DNA of 64,000 nt from assembly GCA_965205505.1 (NCBI GenBank), contig CBDBHB010000009.1, positions 1,184,001 to 1,248,000 of the forward strand. The letters are read 5' to 3'. The notes beneath the pieces are model-generated. The model saw only the letters and a program-made list of their open reading frames with translations. It was not told where the DNA came from and did no database searches. The position numbers were made by a program, and so were the translations under genes. Source of the DNA: Acidobacteriota bacterium. GTDB lineage: Bacteria > Acidobacteriota > UBA890 > WLXD01. Of this stretch, positions 38,657-49,002 are shown in pieces (position 1 is the stretch's first letter; each line of letters opens with the position of its first letter).

Positions 38657-39561
38657 AGCTCATCGACTCACACGCACATCTCACCGACGAGCGCTTCGAC
38701 GAGGACCGCAGCGAGTTGCTGGCGCGTGCCGCGGTGGCCGGCGTCGAGGCGGTGGTGGTGATTGGCTACAACCTGGAGTCGAGTCACCAAGTGGTGGAGT
38801 TGGTGGCGTCGGGCGCCGCCGACGCCGATTCTCCGGCCCCGGCTCCGGCTCTGGATCCGGCACACGCAGCAACATCGGCACCGGCAGCAGTACCGACACA
38901 AGCAGCTGCACCCGCACTGGCAGCAGTACCAGCACCGGCACAAGTACCGGCGCTGTATGGCACGGTCGGCTTCGCACCGCACAACGTTGCCGAGGCGCAT
39001 GCCAGCGCTCGTACCGAGGTGCAGGCGTTGCTGTCGCGTCCGCGCATTGTTGCGGTCGGCGAGATTGGCCTCGACTATCACTACGACATGCCGCCCGCCG
39101 AGCAACGCGACCTGTTCGGCGAACAACTCCGATGGGCCGTCGAAGACCAACTCCCGGTGGTGGTGCACAGTCGCGAGGCCGAGGATGACGTGATGGCGAT
39201 GATCCTCGACGCCGGCGCCAACCCCGAACGGGCTCCGCTGCGCGGCGTGATCCACTGCTTCACCGAGAGCGAGCACATGGCGGCGGCGGCCGTCGATGCC
39301 GGGTTCTACGTGTCGTTCTCGGGCATCCTGACGTTCGGTAGCGCCGAGGACCTCCGACGCAGCGCCGCCACCGTGCCGCTCGAGCGCACGTTGATCGAGA
39401 CCGACGCTCCCTATCTGGCGCCGGTGCCGCACCGTGGCAAGCGCAACGAACCGGCGTTCGTGGGCGCCGTGGCCGAGTGCCTGGCGACGATTCATCGGGC
39501 GGACGCCGAAGAGGTGGCGTCGATTACCGCCGCCAACTGCCGGATGCTGTTCGGTATCTAG
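38653..39561 (+). CDS. tatD: TatD family hydrolase with Ala/Pro-rich insert
   Basis: DSHAH, GEIGLDY, HSREA, HCF, ETDAP. Confidence 0.92.
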   Translation: MKLIDSHAHLTDERFDEDRSELLARAAVAGVEAVVVIGYNLESSHQVVELVASGAADADSPAPAPALDPAHAATSAPAAVPTQAAAPALAAVPAPAQVPALYGTVGFAPHNVAEAHASARTEVQALLSRPRIVAVGEIGLDYHYDMPPAEQRDLFGEQLRWAVEDQLPVVVHSREAEDDVMAMILDAGANPERAPLRGVIHCFTESEHMAAAAVDAGFYVSFSGILTFGSAEDLRRSAATVPLERTLIETDAPYLAPVPHRGKRNEPAFVGAVAECLATIHRADAEEVASITAANCRMLFGI

Positions 39562-39614
39562 CAGGCCGTGGTGGAAGTGCGCCTACGGCGAGTTGGGTCA
39601 GATGCAAGGCGGCC
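39558..39614. repeat. Partial type-B element
   Basis: CTAGCAGGCCGTGGTGGAAGTG..TACGGCGAGTTGGG..AGATGCAAGGCGGCC; CTAG supplies the tatD stop. Confidence 0.8.
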
Positions 39615-39618
39615 CGGG

Positions 39619-41058
39619 TCAGCCGGCGAGCACAGTCTCTACACCGTGGGCGATCTGCAACAGTCGTGATTCCGCCAGCTTTGGCCCGACGAGCTGGATG
39701 CCGATCGGCAGGCCGTCGTCGCCTGATGTGGCCGGGATCGAGATCGCCGGTAGTCCGGCGAGGTTCGCTGTCACCGTGTAGATGTCGCTCAGATACATCG
39801 CCAGCGGATCCGCGGTGCGCTCGCCGAGCTCGAACGCGACGGTGGGGCTGGTGGGCCCGATGATGGCGTCGACGCCGGCGAACGCCGCGTCGAAGTCGCG
39901 GCACACCAGGGTGCGAACGCGTTGGGCGCGCCCATAGTATTGATCGTGGTAGCCGGCCGACAGAACGAAGGTTCCCAGCAGGATGCGCCGCTTCACCTCG
40001 GCGCCGAAGCCCTCGCTGCGGCTGCGTCGCAACAACTCCACGGGGCTCTCGGTTTCCTCGGTGCGATGCCCGTAGCGCACACCGTCGTAGCGAGCCAGGT
40101 TGGAGCTCGCCTCAGCGGTGGCGATGACGTAGTAGGTCGCCACCGCGTAGGCGGCATGCGGAAGCTCGATCGTGCTGATCTCGATGCCGCGGTCGGCGAG
40201 CGCCTCCAGCGTGCCCTCGAAGCAGCTGGCTACGGCGCTGTCGATGCCCTCGCCCTTCCAGTCGGAGGCCACCCCGAGGCGGATCGGAGCGCCGGATTCA
40301 GCGAGCCGCGCAGCATAGTCATCGACGGGCTCGTCGAGGCTGGTGGAGTCGCGTCGATCGTGCCCGGCGATCGCCCGCAACACGTGGGCGCTGTCGGCGA
40401 CGTTGCCACAAAGCGGGCCGATCTGGTCGAGCGACGAGGCGAAGGCGATGAGCCCGTAGCGCGACACGCGTCCGTAGGTGGGCTTGAGCCCGACGATGCC
40501 GCAGAAGGAAGCCGGCTGGCGTACCGAGCCGCCGGTGTCGGAGCCCAGCGCCACCGGCACCATCCCCGCCGCCACCGCTGCCGCCGGGCCGCCGCTGCTA
40601 CCGCCAGGAACGCGGCCCGGAGCCGCGGGATTGTGGGTGGGGCCGAGCGAGGAGTTCTCGGTCGACGACCCCATGGCGAACTCGTCCATGTTGGCGCGCC
40701 CGACCGGAATCGCACCGGCGTCGAGCAGCCGCTGCACGGCCGTCGCCGAGTAGGGCGAGATCCAATCGCGGAGGATTCTGGAGCCCGCCGCGGCGACGTG
40801 GCCCTCGAAACACAGGTTGTCCTTGAGCGCCACCGGAACGCCGGCTAGCGGCAGCCGGCTCTTGTGGGAGCTGGCGTCGAGTTGCTGCGCGGCAGTGCGG
40901 GCCTCGTCGCCCCATACCTCGAGAAACGCGTGTACCTCGGGATCGCGGTCCTCGATGCGGCGCACCGCCGACGCGACGCGCTCCGCGGCGCTGAATTTGC
41001 CGGAGTGGATCCCCTCGACTGTCGCCGCTACCGAGAGGTCGCCGAGAGCGTCGCTCAT
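39619..41058 (-). CDS. gatA: Asp/Glu-tRNA amidotransferase subunit A
   Basis: KDN, DEFAMGSS, GGSSGG, SDTGGSVRQP, SSNLARYDG, EVKRRI. Confidence 0.95.
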   Translation of the reverse strand: MSDALGDLSVAATVEGIHSGKFSAAERVASAVRRIEDRDPEVHAFLEVWGDEARTAAQQLDASSHKSRLPLAGVPVALKDNLCFEGHVAAAGSRILRDWISPYSATAVQRLLDAGAIPVGRANMDEFAMGSSTENSSLGPTHNPAAPGRVPGGSSGGPAAAVAAGMVPVALGSDTGGSVRQPASFCGIVGLKPTYGRVSRYGLIAFASSLDQIGPLCGNVADSAHVLRAIAGHDRRDSTSLDEPVDDYAARLAESGAPIRLGVASDWKGEGIDSAVASCFEGTLEALADRGIEISTIELPHAAYAVATYYVIATAEASSNLARYDGVRYGHRTEETESPVELLRRSRSEGFGAEVKRRILLGTFVLSAGYHDQYYGRAQRVRTLVCRDFDAAFAGVDAIIGPTSPTVAFELGERTADPLAMYLSDIYTVTANLAGLPAISIPATSGDDGLPIGIQLVGPKLAESRLLQIAHGVETVLAG

Positions 41059-41071
41059 GTGCGCCTGCTGC

Positions 41072-41359
41072 CTATCCGGGGATCACACGCGGCACCGCGA
41101 AATGCTCGTCGACGATCTCTGGCGCGCCCTCGAAGGTGCGCTCGCGTGGCAACGACGGTTGCGGCTCGTCGGCGCGGCGCACGTCCTCCTCCTCACGCAG
41201 GTTGCGGGTACGCTCGACGTCCGTCACGTCGACCTCCCGCAACTGATCCACATAGGCGAGGATACGCTCGATTTGGGGTGCCAGCTCGGCGCACTCGTCT
41301 GCCGAAAGCTCGAGTCGGGCGAGCTCGGCGACGCGTTCGATGCGCTCTCGGGCTGACAT
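41072..41359 (-). CDS. gatC: Asp/Glu-tRNA amidotransferase subunit C
   Basis: VAELARL, IL.Y..QL, F.VP.V; upstream of gatA. Confidence 0.9.
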   Translation of the reverse strand: MSARERIERVAELARLELSADECAELAPQIERILAYVDQLREVDVTDVERTRNLREEEDVRRADEPQPSLPRERTFEGAPEIVDEHFAVPRVIPG

Positions 41360-41369
41360 GGCGGGCAGT

Positions 41370-41649
41370 CTAGCAGGCCGTGGTGGAAGTGTGGCGGGCC
41401 TGGTTACGGCGAGTTGGGGCCAGTTGGAAGGCGGCCTGACGCTGGCGATGCCCTAGCCATCGTCGAGGAAGGCCAACGCCGCAGATGGCCCCCAAATCGT
41501 CGTAACCCTTCGGGCGACAGGGGGTTGCGCGCGTATGCTACGTCGTTCGTCGTCAACGATGGGGTAACCATCGCCTCCTCCTCTCTCCTGGCCTCCTCCT
41601 CGCAAGACCCTGTCGCCAGGCCCGCCACACTTCCACCACGGCCTGCTAG
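41370..41649. mobile_element. Miniature inverted-repeat element, end type B (reverse orientation)
   Basis: CTAG both ends; reverse complement of 10504-10782; supplies the stop of 41646-43073. Confidence 0.9.
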
Positions 41650-43073
41650 CTCCGTACGGCCCAGCTGTTCCAGCCGTACATCGACTTGAGGGCATACAGC
41701 CAGTCGAAACCGCCGTCGCGCATGTGAAACAGGGCGCGGTTGGTGGCCGCCGGCATGAGCGCGTGTCCCTCGAACTCCTCGTTCCACGACCCGGCGATAA
41801 CCAGCGGCGCGGGCATCGCCGGTGTGCCGAGTCGCTCGGCGTGCAGGTCGCGCAGGTGCTCGTCGGTGAGCTCTTGCATGGCCGCCAGCAGGGAGGCGTA
41901 ATCGTCGCGGCTGGCGAGCAGCGAGGGCAGGCGGGCCTTGGCGAAGCCCGCTGCACTGGACGGGATCACCAGGAGTGGTTCGCCGCTGTAGCGATTCTTC
42001 ACCGATCGGTAGGCCGCCATCGTGCGCTTCTCGTTGGCCACCAGCCGCCGCACATGCGACCCGTTGAGGCGCACCGCGCGACCCTCGCCGAGAGCCCTGA
42101 TCTGTGCGGTGTCGTAGTGGTGGTAGCGCGACACCGCATCGAAGTAGGCGGCCCGAAACAGCCGGTCATGTCCCGCTTCCGTGTCGCCTGGAAACAGCGC
42201 CTCGTCGCCGATTAGCCAAGGTGGGGTGCCAAAGGCCTCGGCGAAGGCGCCGCGGGCGCGTTCGAGGGCTCTGCCCACGTGCGGCAGATTGGCGCGCGTC
42301 GGGCCGAAAGTGTGAGATCCGAATACGAACACCACCGGACGCCCGTCGAACCGCAAGAGTCGATCGCTGTCGACCGCCGCCAGCCAGCCGCCCATGTGGC
42401 GGAAGTCGCGCACCAGCCTGTCGAACGCCGCCCCTTCCGGGGCGAAGTCGATTCGCTTGGTGGTGCCGAGGCTGATGTTGCTTTCGTACAGTAAACCGAA
42501 GCGTCGTCGGTGGTGGTTCGAGGCGCTCAGGTAGGCACGCTCGTAGGCTTGCAAGAGCCGGCGCTCGTCGGTCCACGACAGAAGGTCGGCGCTGATGCCG
42601 AACTCTTCCTTGAGCGCATTGAACTCTTCCTCTGTGCGACGATCGCGCGACAGGTAGCTGCCGCCCAGGTAGCGGACGGTGGGCGTCTCACCGCGTCGGC
42701 GTCCTGGTCCGTACCAACCGTAGTGCCAACAGGCCACGATGGGCCGCGGCGGCAGGCGAGTGCCGAGCACGGGACGCAGCGCATCGTAGCGTTGCAGCTG
42801 GTCGGCGTCGACGCGGCCTCGCGAGAGGAAATCGAGCCGCGGATCCCAGTCGTCGCGGGGGTGCAGCCGACTGCCGCGCAGCGAATTCTGCAGGCCGGAA
42901 AGCAGGGCGCGATCGGTCGCTGAGATCACACCGTCGCCATCCAGGTCGAGTGGCCAATTCCATCGCCGAGGCGCGCCGACTCGCTGTGGCAACCGTGGAA
43001 CGCCGAGCAGCGAAGCAGCTCCGAGCGCTCCCAGTACGAAACGACGGCGATCAGTGGGCTCGGCCGGGCTCAC
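41646..43073 (-). CDS. Tat-exported GH99/GH71-like glycoside hydrolase with dockerin/EF-hand-like motif
   Basis: DRRRF twin-arginine signal, DLDGDGVIS..D, WHYGWY, DGRPVVF, SWNEEFEG. Confidence 0.55.
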   Translation of the reverse strand: MSPAEPTDRRRFVLGALGAASLLGVPRLPQRVGAPRRWNWPLDLDGDGVISATDRALLSGLQNSLRGSRLHPRDDWDPRLDFLSRGRVDADQLQRYDALRPVLGTRLPPRPIVACWHYGWYGPGRRRGETPTVRYLGGSYLSRDRRTEEEFNALKEEFGISADLLSWTDERRLLQAYERAYLSASNHHRRRFGLLYESNISLGTTKRIDFAPEGAAFDRLVRDFRHMGGWLAAVDSDRLLRFDGRPVVFVFGSHTFGPTRANLPHVGRALERARGAFAEAFGTPPWLIGDEALFPGDTEAGHDRLFRAAYFDAVSRYHHYDTAQIRALGEGRAVRLNGSHVRRLVANEKRTMAAYRSVKNRYSGEPLLVIPSSAAGFAKARLPSLLASRDDYASLLAAMQELTDEHLRDLHAERLGTPAMPAPLVIAGSWNEEFEGHALMPAATNRALFHMRDGGFDWLYALKSMYGWNSWAVRS

Positions 43074-44941
43074 TGATCGAGGCGGCCCGATCGTGGCCGC
43101 GACTCGAGGAATCGGGCGCGGTCGAGGTCGTTCGCGGTGTCTTCCGCTTCCATCAACCGTGTTAGCAGCGGCGCGACGTCGCGGAACCAGACCACCGCGA
43201 TGAGGTTGTAGCCGAGTTGATTCGGGTGGACGTCGTCGGAGTAGAGGTCAGGGTGGAACATGAGCGCCGAGTGCAGATCGACGAGGAGCGCACCCTCGCT
43301 GCCCGCCATCGCTGGCAGTAGGGCGTTGACTTCGACGATGCGGGGGTTGAGACCACCGAGGAAGCCGGCGTTGCGCCGCGGGGTCAGAGTGGCGAGCAGC
43401 GGCAGACATCCGGCTGCGGTCACCAGTCGCACCATGCCGGTGAGGTTTGCCACGATGGTGGCGGCATCGACGAGAGCCCCGATGTCGTTGGCGCCCATCA
43501 GGATCAGCACGTACTGCTTGGGGTCGGTGGTCATCAGTATGGAGAGTCGCGCCAATCCCTCGACCGTCTCCTCACCGCCGACGCCGCTATTGATCACCAC
43601 GATGTTACGGCCGGTGAAACTCGACAGATAGCTGCCAAGTGGCACGAGGTAGCCGTCGACCGGCGTTATGACCATGTTCTCGTCCACCTCGACGCCTTCC
43701 GTGATGCTGTCGCCGAAGCCGCGCCACGTTCCGGGAATCGAGATACCGCCGGGTATGCTGCTACGCGCGCGCACTCGTCGTATCGTTTCGACCTGTGGCA
43801 CCTGGAGTCGTAGGCGTCCTGCGACGTCGGTCGAGCCCGTCGTCGGCAGCGGCCCGGTCGGCGACTGCTGCCAGGTCGCCAGCACCTTGCCGTCGTCTCC
43901 CAAGGCGACGTCGAAGCGGCCGTTGTAGAGATCTGCAAGGTCGACGGCACGGTGGGCGCGCCGTCCGTCGAAGGTGGCGCTCTGCAGTCGCGACCCGCCG
44001 TCTGGTCGAGGACGAGACCACAACACTTCCCCGTGCCCGCCCTCGACCACCGCGGGGCTCGTGGCCGGCCCCGGCGACAGTGTTCGCGGGGCGCCGAATG
44101 TGCTACCGCGCTCGCTGCTAGCGCGGATCTCATAGCCGACGGGGGTGAAGCGCGACCAGGCGACCAACAATCGGCCCGCGGCCGTACGCGCAATCGAGGG
44201 TTGGATGTCCGGGACCTCGTTGTCGCTCAGAGCGATGGGTGTGCTCCAGCGGGCTGCGTCGCTGCGGCGAGAAAGCCACACCTCGGCATCATTCCCGTCG
44301 CCTGCGGCCCAGACCACTGCCGGCCGCCCGTGCTTGTCGATGGCGATGGCCGGCGCCATCGGCTCTCCAGGTGCCGACGGCAAGGGCTCGGGATCGGACC
44401 ATCGACGGCCGTCCCAGTGCGCCGCGTAGAGCGGGTCGCCAGGCCGCGGTGCGGCCGTCTCCCCAGCCACCCAGACCACCCATGCCCCGTTGCTGTGCGC
44501 AGTGGCGGCGGGATGGTGGTTCTCGCGTCCGGCGCTCGGCGCTCGCCCTGCTCGCCGCCAGGATCCAGATTCCCAACGTCGGGCCCAGAGGCGGCTGCCG
44601 TTGTCGTTGGTTCGAGCCGCCACCAGCAGCAGGCCGCTTCGTGTCGACACCAGCGTCGGGGCTCCGTCGTTGCCGGCGCCGGCCGGGCCAACGGCGTGCG
44701 GAACGTCCCCGGCGGGCACCGAGGCCACCACACGCTGGCCGGCTTCTTGGTGCGCCGTCCAGGCCATTGCTGGAAGCGGTTTCACGGCTACGGCCGGGCG
44801 CAGTCCCAGCACCGGCGGTGATGCTGCGCTCGGCTGCAGCAGCGGGCCTTCTGCGGCACCGTGGGCCAGTCCGGGGGCGCGCGAGACCAGGAGCCCGCCG
44901 ACGGCAAGCGTCAGGGCGACAACGAAGCGGAGCCTTTTCAC
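43070..44941 (-). CDS. Exported SGNH/GDSL hydrolase with N-terminal propeller-like repeats
   Basis: GDSITEG, NSGVGG, GAND, DDVHP. Confidence 0.85.
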   Translation of the reverse strand: MKRLRFVVALTLAVGGLLVSRAPGLAHGAAEGPLLQPSAASPPVLGLRPAVAVKPLPAMAWTAHQEAGQRVVASVPAGDVPHAVGPAGAGNDGAPTLVSTRSGLLLVAARTNDNGSRLWARRWESGSWRRAGRAPSAGRENHHPAATAHSNGAWVVWVAGETAAPRPGDPLYAAHWDGRRWSDPEPLPSAPGEPMAPAIAIDKHGRPAVVWAAGDGNDAEVWLSRRSDAARWSTPIALSDNEVPDIQPSIARTAAGRLLVAWSRFTPVGYEIRASSERGSTFGAPRTLSPGPATSPAVVEGGHGEVLWSRPRPDGGSRLQSATFDGRRAHRAVDLADLYNGRFDVALGDDGKVLATWQQSPTGPLPTTGSTDVAGRLRLQVPQVETIRRVRARSSIPGGISIPGTWRGFGDSITEGVEVDENMVITPVDGYLVPLGSYLSSFTGRNIVVINSGVGGEETVEGLARLSILMTTDPKQYVLILMGANDIGALVDAATIVANLTGMVRLVTAAGCLPLLATLTPRRNAGFLGGLNPRIVEVNALLPAMAGSEGALLVDLHSALMFHPDLYSDDVHPNQLGYNLIAVVWFRDVAPLLTRLMEAEDTANDLDRARFLESRPRSGRLDQ

Positions 44942-45091
44942 GGTCGGTTACGTGGGCCCGTGTGGGGAGGAAACGCCGACGGGCGGGAAGCCGGCTACCA
45001 TGAGATGGTGATCGATGGCCGAGCGCGCCTCGACCGACTCTCGATATGCTAACGATCGTCGCTCGTGTGGGCAAGAACCGGGTGGGAAGCG

Positions 45092-45700
45092 ATGCCGCTG
45101 CCGATAAGCCATAGCCTGGCTGCCGGTGCCATCTACACGGCGATGGACGCGGACGGCGACCTGCGTGGTTGCCGGCGGCTGCTGATGGCGATCGGGCTGG
45201 CGAACGCGCCGGATCTCGACCTCTTGCCGGGCCTGCTCGCCGGCGACCCGAACCGGTTCCATCGCGGCGCTAGCCACTCGCTGATCATCGCAGTCGGGGT
45301 GGGGTTGGTCGTCGCCGCCGTCGCCTGGTACGCACGTCGCTGGGAATGGCGACTGCGCGGCAACCTGCCCAGCGGGCTCTATGGAACGGCGTTGATCGTC
45401 GCCCTGCTCGTGGGCTCGCATGTGCTGCTTGACGCGCTCACGACGGATCCGAGCCCGCCTGTGGGCGAGCAGATGCTGTGGCCCGTTTCCGACGCCTGGA
45501 TCCAGTTCTACCCGTTGTTCGAGAGGGCCGACAAGGTGGTTGGCCAGGCGTCGGCAGGCGAATTCTTGCGCAGCCTGGTGTCGATGCACAACGCCCGCGC
45601 CATGGTGCTCGAGGTAGTGCTCGTCGGTCCGTTCCTGCTGTGGGCGCGGTGGTGGCGCCGCCGACGAACGATCGATTCGGCGGGTGGCAGGCCGTGGTGA
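45092..45700 (+). CDS. Membrane-bound metal-dependent hydrolase (YdjM-like)
   Basis: H, PDLD, HRG.SHSL, SH.LLD motifs; stop lies inside the adjacent element. Confidence 0.8.
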   Translation: MPLPISHSLAAGAIYTAMDADGDLRGCRRLLMAIGLANAPDLDLLPGLLAGDPNRFHRGASHSLIIAVGVGLVVAAVAWYARRWEWRLRGNLPSGLYGTALIVALLVGSHVLLDALTTDPSPPVGEQMLWPVSDAWIQFYPLFERADKVVGQASAGEFLRSLVSMHNARAMVLEVVLVGPFLLWARWWRRRRTIDSAGGRPW

Positions 45701-45962
45701 AAGCGTGGTGGGTCTGGCGACAGGGTTTTGCGAAGTGGAGGCAAGGAGAGAGGAGGAGGCGATGGTTACGCCATCGTTGACGAGGAACGACGCAGCGTAC
45801 GCGCGCAACCCCCTGTCGCCCGAAGGGTTACGGCGATTTGGGGCCACCTGCGGCGTTGGCCTTCCTCGACGATGGCCAGGGCATCGCCAGTGTCAGGCCG
45901 CCTTGCATCTGGCCCCAACTCGCCGTAACCAGACCCACCACACTTTCACCACGGCCTGCTAG
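45684..45962. mobile_element. Miniature inverted-repeat element, end type B
   Basis: Near-identical to 10504-10782; supplies the stops of both convergent flanking genes. Confidence 0.9.
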
Positions 45963-47653
45963 GGCCGTCCGCTAGCAGGCCACACGTCCACTACGGGCCT
46001 GCTAGAAGCCGGCTGCCACCTGCTCAGCTCCATGAGGTCGGCTGCTTGTGGCACCAGGGCGAGCGACTGTTGAACCTGGCCGTCGTATCGCAGCAGCACG
46101 ATGCGGCCGGCCTGGAGACCCCAAATGTTGCCGGCGATGTGTGCTTGCAGGTACATACGGATGTCCTCGCGGGCGCCGTCGAGGGTCTCGTCGTCGAGCG
46201 GCACCTTGGCCGCCTCGAGTTGCTCGCGCAAAGAGGGCCAGCGCAGAAACTCGATGAACTCGTCGATCACAGCGTCGTCGACGCTGAACCCGTCGAGATA
46301 GGCGTCGAGATCGGTGGGAAGCGTCGCGGCGTTCTCGGCCACGTAACGGGTGGCGAACTGGAACGTCAGCCGGCGGTTGTAGAGCCACATTGCCAGGCTC
46401 GACACACTGGTCGGGTCGATGGAGACGTCTGGAACGATGCCACCGCCGCCGTATACGGGACGGCCGGCGTCGGTGTGGAACAGCGGGCGCTCGAGGGGCT
46501 CCTCACCGTCTTCCGACTCGGCCACGGCGCCATCGGTTGACTCCTCGATAGCTTCCCAGTCGGGGTTGAAGTACTCCTCGTCGCTACCGTCGACGTAGGG
46601 GCGCTGGATGAGTCGGCCACTCGGCGTGTAGTACCTCGCAATCGTCAGAAAAAGGGCCGAGCCGTCGTTGAAGGGAAACTGGTTTTGTACCAGCGCCTTG
46701 CCGAAGGTCACCTGTCCTACTACCAGCGCACGGTCCCAGTCTTGTAGGGCACCGGCGACGATCTCCGAGGCGCTTGCCGACTGGTGGTCGACGAGCACGA
46801 TCATCGGCGTGGCGGGATGCGTATTGCGATCAGTCGACAGATTCTCGCCGCTGGCATTGGCGGTGCGGCCCTTGGTCACGAGGATCTTCTTGCCGCCCGA
46901 CAGGAACTTGTCGGTAATGCGGATCGCCTGGCTCATGAGGCCGCCGCGATTGCCACGCAAGTCGAGAATAAAGGCCCGCATGCCGCGTTTCTCGAAGTCG
47001 CGCAGGTGCTCCTCGAGCTGAGCGGCGCCCTTCTGCGAGAAGGTGCTGAGCCACACGTAACCCACATCTTGATCGAGCATCGTCGCCGCCAGAATGGACG
47101 ACACCTCGACCTGGTCGCGCGTGATGTTCACATCCCACTCTTCGTCGAGTGCGGGGCGCCGCACCGTCACCGTGACTCGAGTCCCTTTGGGGCCGCGCAA
47201 TTGCGCAAAGATCTGCTCGTTGTCGAGTCCTATCGCGTCCTCGCCCTCGATACGAACGATCTGATCGCCGGGGCGCAGGCCAAGCCGTTGCGATGGACCT
47301 CCTTCCAGAGAGTCGAGCACCGTGAGCACGCCATCGAAGATGTCGAACTGGATGCCGATGCCGAAGTAATCGCCTCGGTAGCGCTCCTGCAGGGTCCGGT
47401 ACTCGTCGGCGGTGTAGTAATGCGAGTGGGGGTCGAGGTTTTCGAGCACGCCGCCGACCGCATGCTCGAACATGTCGTCCGCCGCGACCTCCTCGACGTA
47501 GTACATCTCGATGATCTCGAACATGCGGCCGAGCACCTCGAGCCGCTTGTAGAAGCCCTGCGCTTTGTTGACCGCCGCCGGTCCGGCCGCGATCGAGACC
47601 GCCAGCGCGGCGATGAGCACAGTTACGACGAGGGTCTTGCGCTTGGCTGTCAT
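45959..47653 (-). CDS. ctpA: S41 carboxy-terminal processing protease
   Basis: LDPHS, PDZ domain, DLRGN.GG, SASASEI, TFGK..VQ, RYYTPSGR, GGGI.PD. Confidence 0.9.
   Translation of the reverse strand: MTAKRKTLVVTVLIAALAVSIAAGPAAVNKAQGFYKRLEVLGRMFEIIEMYYVEEVAADDMFEHAVGGVLENLDPHSHYYTADEYRTLQERYRGDYFGIGIQFDIFDGVLTVLDSLEGGPSQRLGLRPGDQIVRIEGEDAIGLDNEQIFAQLRGPKGTRVTVTVRRPALDEEWDVNITRDQVEVSSILAATMLDQDVGYVWLSTFSQKGAAQLEEHLRDFEKRGMRAFILDLRGNRGGLMSQAIRITDKFLSGGKKILVTKGRTANASGENLSTDRNTHPATPMIVLVDHQSASASEIVAGALQDWDRALVVGQVTFGKALVQNQFPFNDGSALFLTIARYYTPSGRLIQRPYVDGSDEEYFNPDWEAIEESTDGAVAESEDGEEPLERPLFHTDAGRPVYGGGGIVPDVSIDPTSVSSLAMWLYNRRLTFQFATRYVAENAATLPTDLDAYLDGFSVDDAVIDEFIEFLRWPSLREQLEAAKVPLDDETLDGAREDIRMYLQAHIAGNIWGLQAGRIVLLRYDGQVQQSLALVPQAADLMELSRWQPASSRPVVDVWPASGRP
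45972..46005. repeat. Mini type-B inverted repeat inside the protease 3' end
   Basis: CTAGCAGGCC-N14-GGCCTGCTAG. Confidence 0.65.
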
Positions 47654-47889
47654 GATGTACTGCTGGTTGCGACGGCCGGATGGCCCGTCGAGTGCAGGAG
47701 CGACGAGGTCGGTAGTTCGTTCACGCACATGCGAATCCACTTAAGATAACGGGTAGCAAGGGACCAAGGCCAAGCGAATCGACATCGCGATCGGTTTCGA
47801 CGGCCCGACTGAGCATCTCACTCCAGACTAGCAGCGTCGGCCGCGCACTGCATCGACCAGGTCGCGAGGACGCTCGAGGGGACGATAAG

Positions 47890-48591
47890 GTGACCGACAG
47901 CGGGGAAGGGGTTCTGCCGCCTGCCCCTGGCAACGCACCTGGTGAAGCCGGTGCGTCGGGGCGCTCCGGACTTCCATGGGAAACGGGCGACCCCGGTCGC
48001 TCAGCCACTGGTGTGTTGGACACCGTCCGCATGGTGCTGCTGTCGCCGACCGAGGCCTTCCAAAGCATGCATCGGAGCGGCGACGTTGGCGGGGCGATCG
48101 GCTTCCTGCTCATCGTCGGTACGTTCGGCAGCTTCTTCGGGCTGCTCTGGGGGGCGGCAACCCGCACCATGGTCGGCTCATTCGGCGGGCTCAACCTCGG
48201 TGAGATCGCTGCTATCAACACCGTCGGGATTATCCAGTTCATGCTCGCACCCGTGGCAGTGCTCGTATTCGCGGTTATCCTCACGGGGATTTATCACCTG
48301 TTGCTGGTGTTGTTCGGCGGTGCTCCGTATCCGCCCGAAACCACGCTCAAGACGGTGTGCTACGCGGCGGGCGCCAACTATATCTGGCTCGCCATACCGT
48401 TCTGCGGCACCCTCGTGGCCAGCTTGTGGGGAATCGTCAGCACCGCCATTGGCTTGCGCGAAGCCCAGGGTGTTCCGGTTGGCCGTGCGGCAGCTGCCGT
48501 CCTGGTGCCCTACCTGTTCGCTTGCTGCTGTCTGCTGTCGCTCCTCGCGCTCAGCACGCTTGGCGCTCTCGCCGGAGTCGCGGGCGGGTGA
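47890..48591 (+). CDS. YIP1 family membrane protein
   Basis: LPWE, P..AF, multi-TM, IPFCG. Confidence 0.75.
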   Translation: MTDSGEGVLPPAPGNAPGEAGASGRSGLPWETGDPGRSATGVLDTVRMVLLSPTEAFQSMHRSGDVGGAIGFLLIVGTFGSFFGLLWGAATRTMVGSFGGLNLGEIAAINTVGIIQFMLAPVAVLVFAVILTGIYHLLLVLFGGAPYPPETTLKTVCYAAGANYIWLAIPFCGTLVASLWGIVSTAIGLREAQGVPVGRAAAAVLVPYLFACCCLLSLLALSTLGALAGVAGG

Positions 48592-49001
48592 GCCGTTCTG
48601 GCCTGCGGGCGGTGCGGTTGGGAAAGGTCGAGGTGGCGCTGGTGGCACTGGTCGCGGCGAGCGCGCTGGCCACCGCCCGACTGCACCCGCTATGGGATGG
48701 CCTTCTCCAGACACGCTGTCCGCTGCTGGCGCTCTTCGGAGTTCCCTGTGTCACCTGCGGTGGGACGCGCGCGCTGGTCGCGCTCGTAACCGGCGACGCG
48801 TTCCAGGCGCTGGCCTGGAACCCACTGGTGGCGCTCGGCGGACTTGCCGCGATCGGCTGGTTGCCGCTGGCCACGCTGATACTCGTCGGGTGGCTCGAGC
48901 CGCCGCGCATCCCGACGGTCATACCGGTTGCCGGACGCCGGGCAATCGTTGCCGGGTTCGCGCTAAACTGGGGGTATCTACTGCTCTGGTTCCAGGGATG
49001 A
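48588..49001 (+). CDS. DUF2752 family membrane protein
   Basis: CP....GVPCVTCGGTRA, A..WNP. Confidence 0.8.
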   Translation: MSRSGLRAVRLGKVEVALVALVAASALATARLHPLWDGLLQTRCPLLALFGVPCVTCGGTRALVALVTGDAFQALAWNPLVALGGLAAIGWLPLATLILVGWLEPPRIPTVIPVAGRRAIVAGFALNWGYLLLWFQG

Positions 49002-49002
49002 C

